DNA of 64,000 nt, from assembly GCA_973895155.1 (NCBI GenBank), contig OZ316893.1, positions 21,932,955 to 21,996,954 on the forward strand, in the 5' to 3' direction. The DNA comes from Marsupella aquatica (Eukaryota; Plantae; Marchantiophyta). The notes below the pieces were generated by a model that was not told where the DNA came from, did no database searches, and was given only the letters and a program-made list of their open reading frames with translations. Position 1 is the stretch's first letter. Each line of letters begins with the position of its first letter. Shown here one piece after another: positions 49,201 through 62,863 of the stretch. The position numbers and the translations under genes are program-made.

Positions 49201-50694
49201 TTGAAATCAGCGTAAGCTGTAGGCAATTGGACAGTCGTTCGACCAACGGAGTACTTCGCCTTGCTGTGAAGAAAGCAGCGGAAAAGCGAGGTTGAGGAGG
49301 ATGTAGGAGAGGGATTCGTGTTGTTGCGGGGGGAGCTCACGGAAATTTTTGTCCGTCTTCGAGGAGATTGGTGAGGAGAGGAGGGAAAACGGCGATTGAT
49401 AGTCTTTTCGATTCCGACGTTGGCGGACGTGGTTGACGAAATCTTGGTTGGCCGCCGTGGTGATGGTGTGTGGGGACTGTCTTACTGGGAGCAGCATTGT
49501 GTCGGGGGCTCTTGTTTAGGCTTTGTGATTGATCAACTAGGAGCGGTGCTTGGTTGTGGACTTGGAGTTCAGGAGTTGGCATTTTGAAAGGTAGTCACTG
49601 TTGATGTAGATAGATTTATGGTGGATCCGTGGTACCTAGTGTGGCTTTCGGTGTTCCGCTGAATTTTGAGCATCAGACGTGGTGGGAAGTTTGTGAGGAG
49701 GCAAGACATTTCCGCGTTTGGACGCGATTAGTTTGGTCATCGATTGATTGAGCCGCGATTGTGAATAGGAGTGGGGAGCAAGAGTGGAGCTCACGATTGT
49801 TATTCAGTTACTCTTGCACGCGAATCCTCAAGATCAGCCGGTTTTTGATTCGATTTCGCTCAATTAGTTTTCCGACGTTCGAGGGCAGAGTCGGTGGGAG
49901 GATCGTGGCGTATGCGGTGAAAGTATTGCTGGAGCAGTTATCTTTAGAGTTTTACGCCAGGACACCTTCCTGTTTCTGCCCGTGTATCGGTGTTGGTGTT
50001 CTTTCGGTTGTTGGGGAGGTCGTCTGATTTTTCATTTTTCATTTTTCATTTGGCATTTGCACCTATTGGCATAACCGATCGTTGACGCTGCCGAGTTGTC
50101 GAGTCTAATCTCACCGCGCTTAATTCCGTGGCCTCATTACAACACGTCGGTAGTCATCACGTCGAGTCACCGATTGGTTCACAGAAAATAAATTTCTTTG
50201 TACATGTGCGGAGGAGGAGACCGATTCGAGGCATAGCTACGTTCGATTCCATCTCTAGCGCGTATATTTCTCTGCCGGAGTCTACTGGAAAGGCGGTGAG
50301 AAAGCTACAGCGCGCAGAAGATTGACCAACACTGATTTTGACCAACCCTGATATCGTCGACGCGGCGTTAGGTTAATTGTTTATGCTGTGGGAAGAAGAG
50401 GACGGGTATTGTTCTTATCAACGTCAACTTTCTATCAACTTCCCCGTAGGCCGCAGTTTGACTATCTGTGTCTACAACTGCAAGTTTTCGTGAAGAGGAG
50501 CAGAGCAGTTCGTCATTTCAACTTCGCCTGGTGTATCATCGTGCTGCTGCTTTTTGGATGTGCCCCACTAAAGGCAAGAAAGGTGCGCGCGTGAGCTGAA
50601 AGGACACGGGCCAACCTTAAGTCGGGCTGTGCCAGATCGACACATAGGAATCTCCATCTTGTCCAGTTTGTCTTCACATAGGTTGAGGTTGAGG

Positions 50695-53600
50695 ATGGAC
50701 AACCATTTTATCAACGACTCGAAGGGCAAAGATTATGCGTATGCTAATATGTTCTCGAAGCCAGCGGTGTTGGAGACCTGCGCTGATTTGATGACGACGA
50801 TGGTACCGATTTGGATGGCAATAGCGATCGGTCTCATCGTGGGCTGGTCATGGAAACCAAGATGGGTTAGCTTTTTCGTGCTGGGAATGAGGACCCGGCC
50901 ACGTCTCGTTTGGAGTACACCGCCAGGATTCGGAGCTCGCCGTATATGGCTCGCCTTGACTGCCATCACGGCTTTCCCGTTTCTGAAGGAGGTTTGGACC
51001 AGTTTCTACAACTGGATGTGGCCCGACACGATTTTGCAGGACGATGATGTCCGACGTGAAGAAACAAGGTCAGTCTTGTACCGCTGGCCAGGGTCCAATT
51101 AGTTCACATGCTCTGTATTTTCCCCTCCACAAGCTTATCAGAGATCTGGGCGAATGACTGAGACCAAGCGCGGAAGATATCTTGTCATTAATTTATTACC
51201 ACTAGCCTGTACGGGTTGCCTATGACTTTTTTTCACGGTAGTGCATAGGAACGTAGCTCGTCCAATCGGCACAATTCTAGAACTCGGTTAGATAAGTTAC
51301 CCACTGAAGTGGATGTGTGGAAATTGCTTACTGTTTCAGACCCTGATTGGTGTGTATGCAATTAATTTTGTTTTGACAATTCCTCAGTTACTGCGACAGC
51401 TGAAGAAGACGTGTGGTGAATTTGGCACGAGACCTTGAAATTTTCTGACACTTGAGCTTTGGGTTTGTCAGTGATATCAGAAGTGCCAACGACTGGGCGC
51501 TGAAGGACGAGGACCTGGTCGGTTTCTGTAAGAAGGTGGAGGGTCAAGATGGAGGCGCGGAGTGGTATCCCCTGATGAATAGATCGACAGGTGGGATGGT
51601 CTACCAAGCGTGGCGCCGAGAACCCACGGTAAATACTGCCGTTCCTTCTCCCCGAAGAACATGTATGCCGGCTTCCGTCGGTCGATAAGAACTTGGGACG
51701 ACGAACTTCATCGAGTCAATCTCTTCTGATTGTAGGTGCCGAATAAGTGTTCATGGAAAATAAAAGCAGAGGATGAATGAGGGGTCTTATTCTTTATTTC
51801 CGCGTTTATGGTCTGGCTTTCCTTCAAAAATCTAAATGTTGTAAGGGGCCCTTGTAGTTGTAACGAGGTGATTAGTTATCCAGAAATGGATCCTGGAGCC
51901 CGTGGCGGTGATGTGCCTTGCCTTTAAGTACTTACTATAGGTTTGTATCATTCACTGCGTTTTGTACAGGACGGTGCAGGACCTGGTGAATACAAGAGTC
52001 GTACAGTGTTTGAAAATGTATCGGCTGAAGAGATGCGAGACTTTTTCTGGGATGACGATTTTCGACAGGAGTGGGATGACATGTTGATATCTTCAAAGAC
52101 TTGGGAGGAATGTCCGCGGACGGGTGCCATGGTTGTACAATGGGTCCGAAAGGTTGCTCTCACATCTTTCATTGTCCATCTTTCATTCATTCATCCATCC
52201 ATGTAGTTTTCTGTCCCAAATCTTTCATTCATTCACTCTGTTCTCATGCATTCCCCTCTCATCGATTCTTCTCTCCCTCAATTATTAACTTGTTCTCGTT
52301 CATTCTCCCTGCAACTAATTATAAAGTGAGAATTATATAGTACATTGCGTTTCCAGGTCTCACAGATGACAGGAAGCTAGCCTGGCTCGGCTTGTCATTA
52401 CTGGGACTGGGAAGTGGCCCAGCACTTTAAGATAATGTAGACTCCCATTGCCGTGTTGTCTTATCCCGCCAAGATTTGTGTTCGATCGTGCTAAGTTGTC
52501 ATCGTCATCCTGGAGCGGAGCATGCACGGGTCTCTAGGATTTCCCCTTTTATTTTCTAAGGCCACGTTCCTCGGTTCTCGTTCAATACTGATGTGCATTC
52601 CATACGTCTGCTGCATGCAGTTTCCAGTCTTCTGTAAGGATCGAGAGTATACGATCAGTCGCAGAATTTGGGCGGCTGGCACCTCGTATTATTGCCTGAC
52701 TCAGGTATGTTCCGTTACGTTGGAGCAGGGATGATTGGGGATGTTTGGGACCTGTTTCATCTTTGGCCTGTTTTTTGAGTCACCACTGTAGTAGAGAATC
52801 TCAAATGAGATTCATGTGCATCAACTTTGCGATCGTTCATTTGGTCTTCGTCATGGGTTTCGCTAGAGTCGATCCAACTCTGGCTTTCTTTTTGTTTATT
52901 GGACTTGAACATGCTTCTGATTCTGTACATCTGTGTTTGCTTTTCATATGTGAATCAACATTTGTTTCTGGTTACCTTCCACTTCAATTCGAGGCCTAAC
53001 TTTCCCGCCCAATCAGACTGGTCATCGCAATGTCTGAGCTTGGTGCAAGAAAGAATAATGTGCTACAGAGCCAGTAGTTGAACCTTGTGCAAGATGTACA
53101 TTGAGGAAGTTGTCCTTGCTGCAATGGTTGGAGAATGTAAACAGATTTGCATTTCTTATTGCAGGCAGTAAATTATCCGAAAATACCAAGACAGGCTGCG
53201 CCAAGGAGGGTGGATAATTATTTCTCTAGCTGGTGCATCCGCCCAGGTACCCATCAAGTTCATCAGTCTCATAACCTTATCTTTTTTGTTCTGGAGACTC
53301 TGGATTGGATTTGGTGGATTCTAAAACCTACTTATGTGTGTGGCATTAGGCTCTGTGGCGTGTGACGATCATGGGAGGATTGTGGGGGGATTCGCATTTG
53401 CTTATGCAGAGATAGTATTGTGAAGTATTTTGGTGTATTGTATTGAAAGGTGTGATGGGAATAAATCCTCTTTGGAGAGGATTTAGTTTCCGAAAGCAAA
53501 ATGCCATGTGAGTCTTGCTTTTGAAGCTCCAGACGGATCTGTGGCGAAATTGTGAACACAGGTCTCCATGAGAAATTGTCAACATAGTTCTCCCTCATGG

Positions 53601-54160
53601 AGACCTGTGTTCGCAATTTGGTTCTCCATGAGGGAGACCTGTGCTGACTCACAACGGACAGTGATGTACAATTGCTGAGTTGCTAATTGTGCCGTCGGTT
53701 TGTTTCGACAGTGGAAGCAGTCAACGGAAATCTCACCAGTTGTGAAGTTATGCTTTTCCATAACGAAGACATGGGGATACAGCGGGATCTTGCGAAACTT
53801 GGAATCAGGCAAGGCATGTGGGGATGTGTCAAGAAGATGGAACCTGGAATCAAGTTGTACCAGGCGAAACGGAAGCAGGGCACGGTCCTGTCGAAGAGTG
53901 CATTGTTTGCCAATGTTTATACCAAAGTTCCTTCCAATTTTGTTGAAACGTTGATATCACCTCCTTCTGAGCGTGATGACATAGCAATCGTACAATTACC
54001 AGAGCAGTCATCGAAATCTAGCTACATGCGGTGGCTTGTTGTAGGAGGAGCCGTTGCTTTGGCTTGTGGTGTTGATAAAGGAGCTGTTGGCAAAGTCCTT
54101 ATTTTCGGAATGGCGCGGCGGTTTGGAAAAATTAGTCAGAGAAGGCGACGTGTAAGATAA
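50695..54160 (+). CDS. Membrane-anchored START-domain (lipid-binding, polyketide cyclase/dehydrase superfamily) protein; 6 exons, about 439 aa
   Basis: Exons 50695-51068, 51481-51628, 51970-52152, 52621-52704, 53165-53246, 53712-54160, all GT-AG and in frame (1320 nt). Motifs PIWMAIAIGLIVGWSWKPRW, YQAWRREP, YKSRTVFE, RDFFWDDDFR.EWDDML, WVRKFPVFCKDREY.I.RRIW, PRRVDNYFSSW, FHNEDMGIQRDLAKLGIRQGMWGCVKK, and C-terminal WLVVGGAVALAC. Confidence 0.92.
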
Positions 54161-55758
54161 TAGGTGTTACAGGCATTAAGCGTGTAGTACAGAGTGAGTT
54201 TGAAACATAATTAGGCACAACCCAGTTCAAGTAGGGTTTTAAACGGGTTTGAAACCCCCCTGATTGGAAAAATTGTACTTGTAGTATTGGTCTGATTCAT
54301 GCCAGTTTGGCCTCGTGTGTTTGACAGTGTTCCATTGTATCTCGTAGCAGTTGGTGGGATTTCAGGAAGACAGTGATTGGTTGTCATATATTTGGGCTTC
54401 ACATTCCTGGTAATCACCAGTGGACGGGAGAATTTTAGTCATGAGAATTTTGTAACAGTTTGAATAGCATATCAAATCATTTCGTACTCATCTTTTCGCC
54501 CTCTTTTCACGATTCTCTCCTGCTTGAATGGCGACCATTGTATCAGTTTGTACAAAGTCCGAGTCTTGGCCCTGTGTCTGCCTTTCGATCTAAACGGTTG
54601 TATCTATAGGTCACGATGACTACAGATCACAGTTCATTGAAGCTACTCATTACGTGAATGGCCTTTAGTTTGATCTCTGGTGCTTCTGTACTCCTTCTAT
54701 GATGACTACCGTGTCCAAACATTATCGGTGCCCGGCCTGCGCGTTAAGTTTGATAATCAGGACCCCGCTATGGCAGGTGCCTTTCCAGTTAGACTTGCTT
54801 ATATTGTTACGCATGACACTGCTGGGGCGCTTTGTCGTTGGCTTGAGATACTCGTAACAAAACCGTCATAGATGCTGTTCCAATTGCTGTGAGCGCATTG
54901 AAGGCCATCAAGCCCGAGCAATTTGTCTCGGGGTCATCCTTATCTGCAATATTTCCATCACAAGAATGGATATAGTCAATACAAGGTCCAGTTTGGGTTA
55001 CCCTTGCAATGCAGTGTAGCTGCCATCGCTCTACCAAAAACTGCTTTAGGTCCCATTGCTTCCTTCTTTAGGTCCAATTGCTTCCCAAAGCCTGCCCAGA
55101 ATTGCAAAACCATCAGCATCAACGAAACACCCGCGTGTGGCCGCTGTGAATCCATTCCCATTTCTCCTTGTCTGATGGCTGGATGTGCGTCTTTATTGCA
55201 GTTTCGCTCTTCAACTGGCGAAGGAGCTGATGCAAATATAGGCAACATGCTCTCCCCCAAACACGGAACGTAGGGACTAATGGTCGTAACAACTAACTTC
55301 AGATAACCCTTCCCAGAAATTAAAAGCGAACTACATTGAAGACAGTGCCATTTAAGCAATCTGCAGATCAATATAACTACTAAAACCGCAGCCAGTTTTG
55401 TATGGTTTGAGTTGTTTCACCAAAAACCAGGGGCCGAAAACTTAGTGGATGCTAACCTCTAGTTTTCAAAAGATAGGAGCAAGTTTATAAAAATTATAAA
55501 AATGTTCCCATTCCAAGGAAAAGATAGGAGCAAGTAACAGTGATGTAGTGAGTACCCAGGAACCCAATTGCGTTGGTGCCTACTAGCCAGATTAGTGATG
55601 CCTACTAGCCTGATTACCCTTCCTTGAACCTAAACAAAGATGAGGAGAGAAAAACCTTGCAACAAAAGGATTGTATGCTATTTTTTGTTTTTCTTTGCCC
55701 TTCCTTGTGTTTTGTCTGCACCACCACTTTCAATTATGTACTCAACTAGCATCGCAAT

Positions 55759-55980
55759 CTAGAGGCTTCACTCTAGACAATAGGCCCAAAGAGTAGCTTT
55801 CTGATTGTGCTTTATAAGGTAGATGGAAGAGACTTGGTTCAGAGGCTTCACACTAGACAATAGGCCTAACGAGTAGCTTCTGCTTGCAATTTATTAGTTA
55901 GATATCGGCGGCTAGCCCCACACTAGACAATAGGCCTAAAGAGTAGCTTTTGCTTGCAATTTATTAAATAGATATCAGGG
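55759..55980. repeat. About 75-bp tandem repeat, three copies
   Basis: cac(t/a)ctagacaataggcc.aa.gagtagctt near 55769, 55849 and 55919. Confidence 0.75.
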
Positions 55981-58226
55981 GCTCGCCCGGTCAGGGAGGA
56001 GTTTCCATCTCTTTGTGGCTTGTTGCTCGGTTTGCTGCTTGTCTGTGGTAGTTTGAAGAGCATAATTACTGGGAAACAGCTTCCACGTATGTTATCCATT
56101 ATATCCGGCATAGGCTCTTTACTATCACCCCTTGAATTACCAAACAGATCAGTACTAGAAACCAAACATGCCATTATATCTGTCAATCGGACATTTTGTC
56201 CCCTTCTCTAAATTTGATCATCTGAATCAAGTAGATCTTCACAGTCCAATTGGACCACTGATAGACACACAAGTGTATTTACTGAGCGTCGAAGAGATTT
56301 TGCTGATTGTGCTTTCCAGCTGTAGAGTGAGTGCCACGGGTACGCGCATCCTCCTTTGTTTGAATTATTTTCTCACCATGCGCGCCACCCTCTATTCTCA
56401 ACGGGTTTGCAGCGCATTGGATTGTATAATGCTCAACTCTGAGCAGTGAATCAAGCAAAAAGAAATCATTATTCATTCTATCTGAATCTATTTGTGTGTA
56501 CACGCCAGCTATCTCTTTGTTCACATCTAGTGCTCATTTGTGCTTTAGCTCGCATAGTTGATAATATCCGGCATAGGCTCTCTACCATCACCCCTTGAAT
56601 TACCAAATAGATCAAACAAAAAAGATATGCCTGCACATAGAAAGACACAGAAATTGCCCAAATTGCCAAAGAAAGAGAATGAACGAAGACACTTGTTACA
56701 TAAATCTTTATTTACCATGAGTGATCTTTAAAACGTTTCTCCTGTACAGGGAAAACTGTACAGAGCAAAGCAAAAATGAAGTTCAAATAGTTTCTCAGCA
56801 GCTCGCATAGGCGCATCGATCACTACACAAAAGACAGGGAAACTTCTTCCCTCTACTCTGCCACAAAACAGCCCTTGGGTCTAAATTTCATGGTTAGACT
56901 AGTACGATCTGGTTTCACGTCACACACCCCGGAATCCGAGGCCGGCCAGATGGAAAGAGGACTGCAGACCAAGACACTGAATGAAATGTCATAAACATAT
57001 GTTCATGATGTGTGAGATCGAGATCCATTTAGATCTGGGCTGAATAATTGACTCCTACAACAGGATTAGCATAAATTAATATATCCCCAAGAAATGATCG
57101 AAACCTCGGGTTTAATTGAGACTAGCTATATGCTTGGCTAGATCCATAGAGACTAAGAACGACGCACAGCTAGGGCTAGGCGCAGAGTGAAAATAGGGGT
57201 TCTCTTTAGTGTAGATTGCTAAGAGGGAACAAGGAAACTCTGTGAGAGAATTTTCAGACGGTCTGAATTAATTAATGGATTCTATTTACAAGAAGTCCAG
57301 ATTTTTATGCGCTGGTAGTATGACTGTGAACGCTCCGGGAACGGTATTTTATTCGTGCATTATAATGATTTCCAAGCTGCTGTCTCAGTTACCCTTGCTG
57401 TATCTTCGATCTGCTGGTTCTTATGTAGTCAGTTAGATACTTGGTTCATCCCGCAGGTATCAGACCTCGATCTCCAGAATGCACACACTCTTCCGCAGGA
57501 TTCCGAGAGGCTGGAGCCTATTGCAGCCCTATATATATATATATTTATATATTTCGACAGGTTTGTGTTAGGCAGGTTTTATCTAGCCACCATACTTTAT
57601 TGCAAACTAGCTTATTGGCTTTCAATAAAGAAATATATTCCTGCCACACCTCATTACTTATATATTTAAAGTGCTGTTCCAAGGAAGCATTTGGTTAATA
57701 TTTGATTACACATGATGACATGATGAGGTTGTTTTGAATAGCATCGATGTTATATTTTACATCTTCAACGAGTCATTAACGAATACGAATCTCTGATCAA
57801 GCATTAGGCCGGCGCATGTCCCCCTCAGATAACTTCCCAAAAAACGTAAACATGCCGGCAGAAGGCGTTACTAAGGCACTGGCGGGTGTTGTTTTCGACA
57901 TTTAAATCAGCATCTTAGTCTGTAGAGTTCCTCTTTCCATCGGGTTGGCCTCCGATTAGTGATAGACGCACCTATGCGTGCTGTTGAGAAACAATTTGAA
58001 TCCTAGCTTGGCACCTGAGGTACTAATGTTTAATTTTCATCCGTTCTACAAACAAACAAAAGATGTTTCCATATGATCGATTGATCCTTGACACTGGAAG
58101 AAAAGAGCCGTCTCGGAAGATCAAACAAAAGTGTTCAATTTATTGGGAAATGAGGCATGCCAAAATATATATATCAATTGGTGAGGCAATGATGTATTCC
58201 ACCATATATGCGCGCGTTGCTCAAAG

Positions 58227-59471
58227 TTAAATTGAACAGAGCAACTGATAGGTTACACTGTGTCCAGGCACTGCCTTGGGACTTAGAGGAGGCCATTCTA
58301 CTATCATCTCCCGGTTGATCTGTTTGTTGTTCTGACCAAACCCTTTTGTATGTAGCAGGTGTTCTTCAGAATTCAAGAAACTATAATCTGTTCTTACTAT
58401 TGCTAAAAGCTCCTTTGCCACAGAAAGGACGCTTCTAACATTGTGCCCATGTTGCAACCGTCCTTGATTATTAGTAAAGGAACAGGATTGAACAAGTGAC
58501 CATGACTGATTTTGTGTATTATACATATAAACGCTAATAGGAGTCATATGATAGAAATTTCCTTGGACAGCGAAGGATGCTCCAAAATCGCCTCCCACAC
58601 GAAAGTCAATCCCCAAAGGCTCCATCAACCTCCACTCATCCTTGCCAGGGTGATAGATCTTCACAGACTTGAGCGGATTCTCAAGGATATTGTGAATCTG
58701 GTTTGGATCATCAATTTCTCTATCAGTGGAGTCACGAATGATCGAGCCCTGGACAAAAAGCTCCTCCCCAACTGTCACAACCTGATGAAAAGCATGGAAT
58801 TTCGATACCATGGGCTTTGTGGGAGACCAGCAATCAGCTTTAGGGTCATAAACTTCTGCTCCGCATATAAGTTTACAATTGGACGCACCCCCAAAAACAT
58901 AAATCTTCCCATTCATGACACCAGCACCAAAATCTTGTCTTGCTTCTCCCATTTGTGCACATTCCTTCCATTTCTTTGCTTCTACCAAATCCATCATGTA
59001 TACGTTCCTCCTCCCATGTGATCGGCTCATCTCTCTAACCTCGTGCAGTTTGTTAGAACGTGCTCCTCCCACAACATATATCTTGCAATCCATTGAGACA
59101 ACTTGGCAACGATGTGGAAAGCCTTTCCGAATGCCAGGGATTGGAGGAAGTTCGAACCAAGTTTTATGTATCATGGAGTACAGCCAAATTGTGGTCCTAT
59201 TGTCAGCAACACCTTTTGCATGTCCATTAAATGTCCGCAGAAAAACAGCAAAACTCTTTTCAGAGTTACTACGAACTCTCGCATCCTCGACAAGATGACC
59301 TCGAATAGCCTTCTCCCAAATACTGCTTGTCAAAGAGAGCTCGGAAATTTCAGAAAGCGACAGCTGTGGAGTAATCTCGTGCAGGGTGATGTCATTGGGG
59401 ATGCCTGGTAGCAGTTCTTCCTCTAGGTCCTCGTAGCTCATTGGTGGCGTCAATTGCAACCTCCCGGCCAT
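58227..59471 (-). CDS. F-box/kelch-repeat protein, intronless, 414 aa
   Basis: N-terminal LLPGIPNDITLHEITPQL..L.L.S..W (plant F-box-like); kelch repeats with GG dyads (KIYVVGG; WKECAQMGEARQDFGAGVMNGKIYVFGG; AEVYDPKADCWS; YHPGKDEW). Confidence 0.88.
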   Translation of the reverse strand: MAGRLQLTPPMSYEDLEEELLPGIPNDITLHEITPQLSLSEISELSLTSSIWEKAIRGHLVEDARVRSNSEKSFAVFLRTFNGHAKGVADNRTTIWLYSMIHKTWFELPPIPGIRKGFPHRCQVVSMDCKIYVVGGARSNKLHEVREMSRSHGRRNVYMMDLVEAKKWKECAQMGEARQDFGAGVMNGKIYVFGGASNCKLICGAEVYDPKADCWSPTKPMVSKFHAFHQVVTVGEELFVQGSIIRDSTDREIDDPNQIHNILENPLKSVKIYHPGKDEWRLMEPLGIDFRVGGDFGASFAVQGNFYHMTPISVYMYNTQNQSWSLVQSCSFTNNQGRLQHGHNVRSVLSVAKELLAIVRTDYSFLNSEEHLLHTKGFGQNNKQINREMIVEWPPLSPKAVPGHSVTYQLLCSI

Positions 59472-59751
59472 TGATTACGTACAGCCTTCCCACTGCCCCC
59501 GCCCGACCACTGCTTGGGTTTGCACAAGAAAAATACTCAGAAATCCAGATTACACCTAGCTATAACGAGAATGCCTTAGCTAGAAGCCCGAGGAGTTGAT
59601 GGTTAGCTCGCTTCAACTTGTGAGGACTCTAAACATAATTCAGGACTAGAGGACAGCAAGGGATCGATGTTGCTTGCGCCAGGTGGGTAACTCGTCTACA
59701 CGGAGCACTGCGACTGATGATCGAATGAACATTGTTCAACTAGTAGAAGCC

Positions 59752-59761
59752 CCTTATATAC
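59752..59761 (-). promoter_or_regulatory. Candidate TATA box of the F-box/kelch gene
   Basis: Minus strand GTATATAAGG lies about 280 bp upstream of the ATG; supported by position only. Confidence 0.3.
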
Positions 59762-62206
59762 CGGATGCTACAGCAGGATCAAGCACGTGAGATGGAACAA
59801 TGAGTGATTGACAAACTACTCAATCTCCACATGCAAATGACTGATCATTCTTGCTGCTTATGCTTTCAAGGACTGACCATGACTGATGAAACCATGCACT
59901 ACCGACTACAGACAAACCTTATGTATAACCTTATGTATATATGACGTCCCATTATCATTTTGGTGATTGAGGGGTACAAAATTCATTTGAAGGACTACTC
60001 AAAAACCTTTTTTTCCTCCTTTATTTTTGTTTGGGAAATAGCATGTCCAGAACTATTAATACCGTTCTGCTGTAATAGTTATATGGCGGAAACCTTTCCT
60101 GCTATCTTGTCTTATTTGAGTTACTTAAAGAGAATTTTTATGTCAACCTGGTCTACACCATGTGTATGCTTTGTATTATTATTTTGAATTTGAAAATTAC
60201 TTTCTCCTCGTTCAACTTTTCAATTGCTCTTATTCAAGAGGACATGCTTGCCAGTATATTTCATTTCTAATTTCATGAGACCTTACAAGGTTTTTCTTAA
60301 CATATTTTTTGTATGGATTGCCTAATTATTAAATTCTTCTTACTCTAGATGGTGTGCTAGTCCTTGTATTCATATATTTCTGATTTTGTTCCACCTATTC
60401 TGTTTTTCTTAACATTCTATTTCTATACAGTAATTAATTAAGGGAGCTCCTCAATGCTGAGATTATTGCTCTCCTCTCCACTGGACAACGAATCAAGTTA
60501 AAGTGTTTAAATATATATCTCCATTGCTTAGAAGGTTTGAGTGTTTGTGGGTTTTAGATGAATAGGTGTCACTAACCAGAGAGCCCCGCAGAAAATAGCC
60601 CAAGACTAAGAAGTCACACTTACGATTGGATAATAAAGTACTATATACCTACTATAGCAAGTTCCTATTAGCCACGACTTAGAAATGTATCCTTTCAGCG
60701 TTGGGGCCAGCTATCTTTTTGTGGACAACTATTCACCATGAACCTACAATAAGGCTAATCTTTGGAGAAATCCCTGCCATCGGCTGCCATTGAATCCATG
60801 GTGCAGAGAGGGTTTGCCAAAAAACCCAGTGTACAGTCACCGAATCTACTAGCTAGACAACTGACCATCCATACTAATAACTAAGCTGAATGTCTTTCCT
60901 TGCTGTAGAATCTTGCCTCATTTTAAAGCTATTCGCCACCTATGGAAAAAAAATCAAACAAGATAAAATGGCTGGTTGGGGTTGCTTTTAGTTGGCCATG
61001 ATAGGGACTTACAATAGATTAAAAAATGTCAAGTTTTATAGAATCAATAAGAAAAGGGGGACAGAAAGGTCCACTCAGTCGCCTCCTCTTTTCTCATCTT
61101 TTTGTGGTGGTGGTGGTGGTGGGGTCAAGGGGGAAAGGGGGTGTTGGGGGGAGGGAAACCAGACCCCACACAGAACAAGAAAGGGGGTACCAAATGGCCC
61201 ACTCAAACCCCTTTTTTTCTCCCTTTTCTTTGAAGAGAGGAAAGGGAAACCAAGCCTGAGGAGAATGGCCGCGCACCTGGCAGGATGGCTAGGGTGTGAG
61301 AAAACCCTTAGATTTTATAGTTTGAGAAAGAGGGGGACCAAACAATCCATCATACCCTTACTGTAGTTTCCCTCCTTATTTTTTGTTTGGGGGAATCAAA
61401 TCAAAATCAAACCAGAGCAAAGCAGAACGAGAAGAGGGTAAAAAACGGCAGGATGGCTAGGGTGAGAGAAAACCCTTACATTTGATCATATGAGAAACAG
61501 GGACAAAATGGTCCAGTTTTGAAACACCTTCTTTATCCTATTTTAAATCGGGGCAGACTGGTGACAGCCCAAAATGATTAGCCCTAAATCACCTCACACA
61601 GCTAAGTTACAAATCTGAGGCCGGGTGAGTTAACAAGGAGCTCTCTACCAACCTGAAGCAGCTCCCTCAGCCGTGGAGCTGTCTGGTTTGGAATTCTTGG
61701 TGACTTATGATGAAGCACCTCCGGAAATCCTAGCGTGTCTTCTAAATGTGAGTCCCTGAAGCAGTGTCTGAATGTTAAGTCACCCTTGATTGACCACTCT
61801 ATGGAAAACTTTAGTGAGCCTGACCAGAATGGTTGTGCACTTGGTAAAATAGCTGGCTTGGGCAAGGTAAACCCTTATATCTTATAGCTGGGATTTACTA
61901 GATTGCCATTAATCTGTGACATAATATGTACCTTGCCACCCCACTTGCCACGTGTTTGTTTTCTATTTATCACAATGTCCGTTTTTCATTAGCGGGGTAA
62001 GAAAATTAAGCCAGCTTAGCTCCCTCTCATGCAATGACAATCAGCACCCCCAGTGTTGCAATTGTATGGCTCCGATCTCCTTCAATGTGACTTTGATCAC
62101 CCAAGGGACGAGGAGTGGGTTGGCTTCACTTGCCCTGCCTATGTCCATCCTAGGCATGACCTCTGTTCAGACTGCATATTAACATCTCCCACGGCATGGC
62201 TTCTCC

Positions 62207-62682
62207 CCCGGGTAAACAAATCTTGTATAATAGGCAGGGGTCTACATTTTCATATGGACTAAAAAGTTGGCTATACAAAATAATTAAAATTTGAAAAACA
62301 CCTGGATTTTCCACTTTAAAAATTTTTCAAGTCATATAAAAGGTTTGGTTTTCTTCTTTTTCCATATGAAATTTACAAATATTCCTACACGTCTTGTAAT
62401 TTTTATTTAAAAGATAATTATTTAAAATTTTAATCAAAATCCTGAAAAGCTGGCTAGTTTGGATGTAGACCTCTGTATAAAAAAAACCCATATAATTTGG
62501 TTTTGATAAACTTTTTCTACATCAAAACATGTTTGGTTTTTTCTAAGTTACATTTTTGGATTCCTTGAGTTGAGGGGTACACTACTTTAGACTAAAATGA
62601 AATCTAAGATGGTCAATTGGATATAAGGTTATTGTAAGGAATTAAAAACTTCCCTTATAAAAAGGGGAGTTGCATACCCGGG
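62207..62682 (+). mobile_element. MITE family C copy 1 (476 bp), 8-bp TSD
   Basis: TIR cccgggtaaacaaatc / gagttgcatacccggg; TSD gcttctcc (62199-62206) and gcctctcc (62683-62690). Confidence 0.9.
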
Positions 62683-62863
62683 GCCTCTCCCTGCGCAACA
62701 AATGAGAGGCCATGTGCACAGGACATGTTGCGAGACATACTGAGGCAGAGGTTGTAGGCAAGGGTGGTCAATCAAAGTAACTTTGAAGGAGATTGGGCCT
62801 GACAGGCACTTGCAACACTAAGTGCAATGACAGCCATTGGATGCAAAGGACTAAGGTGTGACT

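Noticed and set aside
54807-55371. Overlapping 76-131 aa ORFs downstream of the START gene
   Set aside because: No domain similarity and non-ATG starts; probably 3' flanking sequence.
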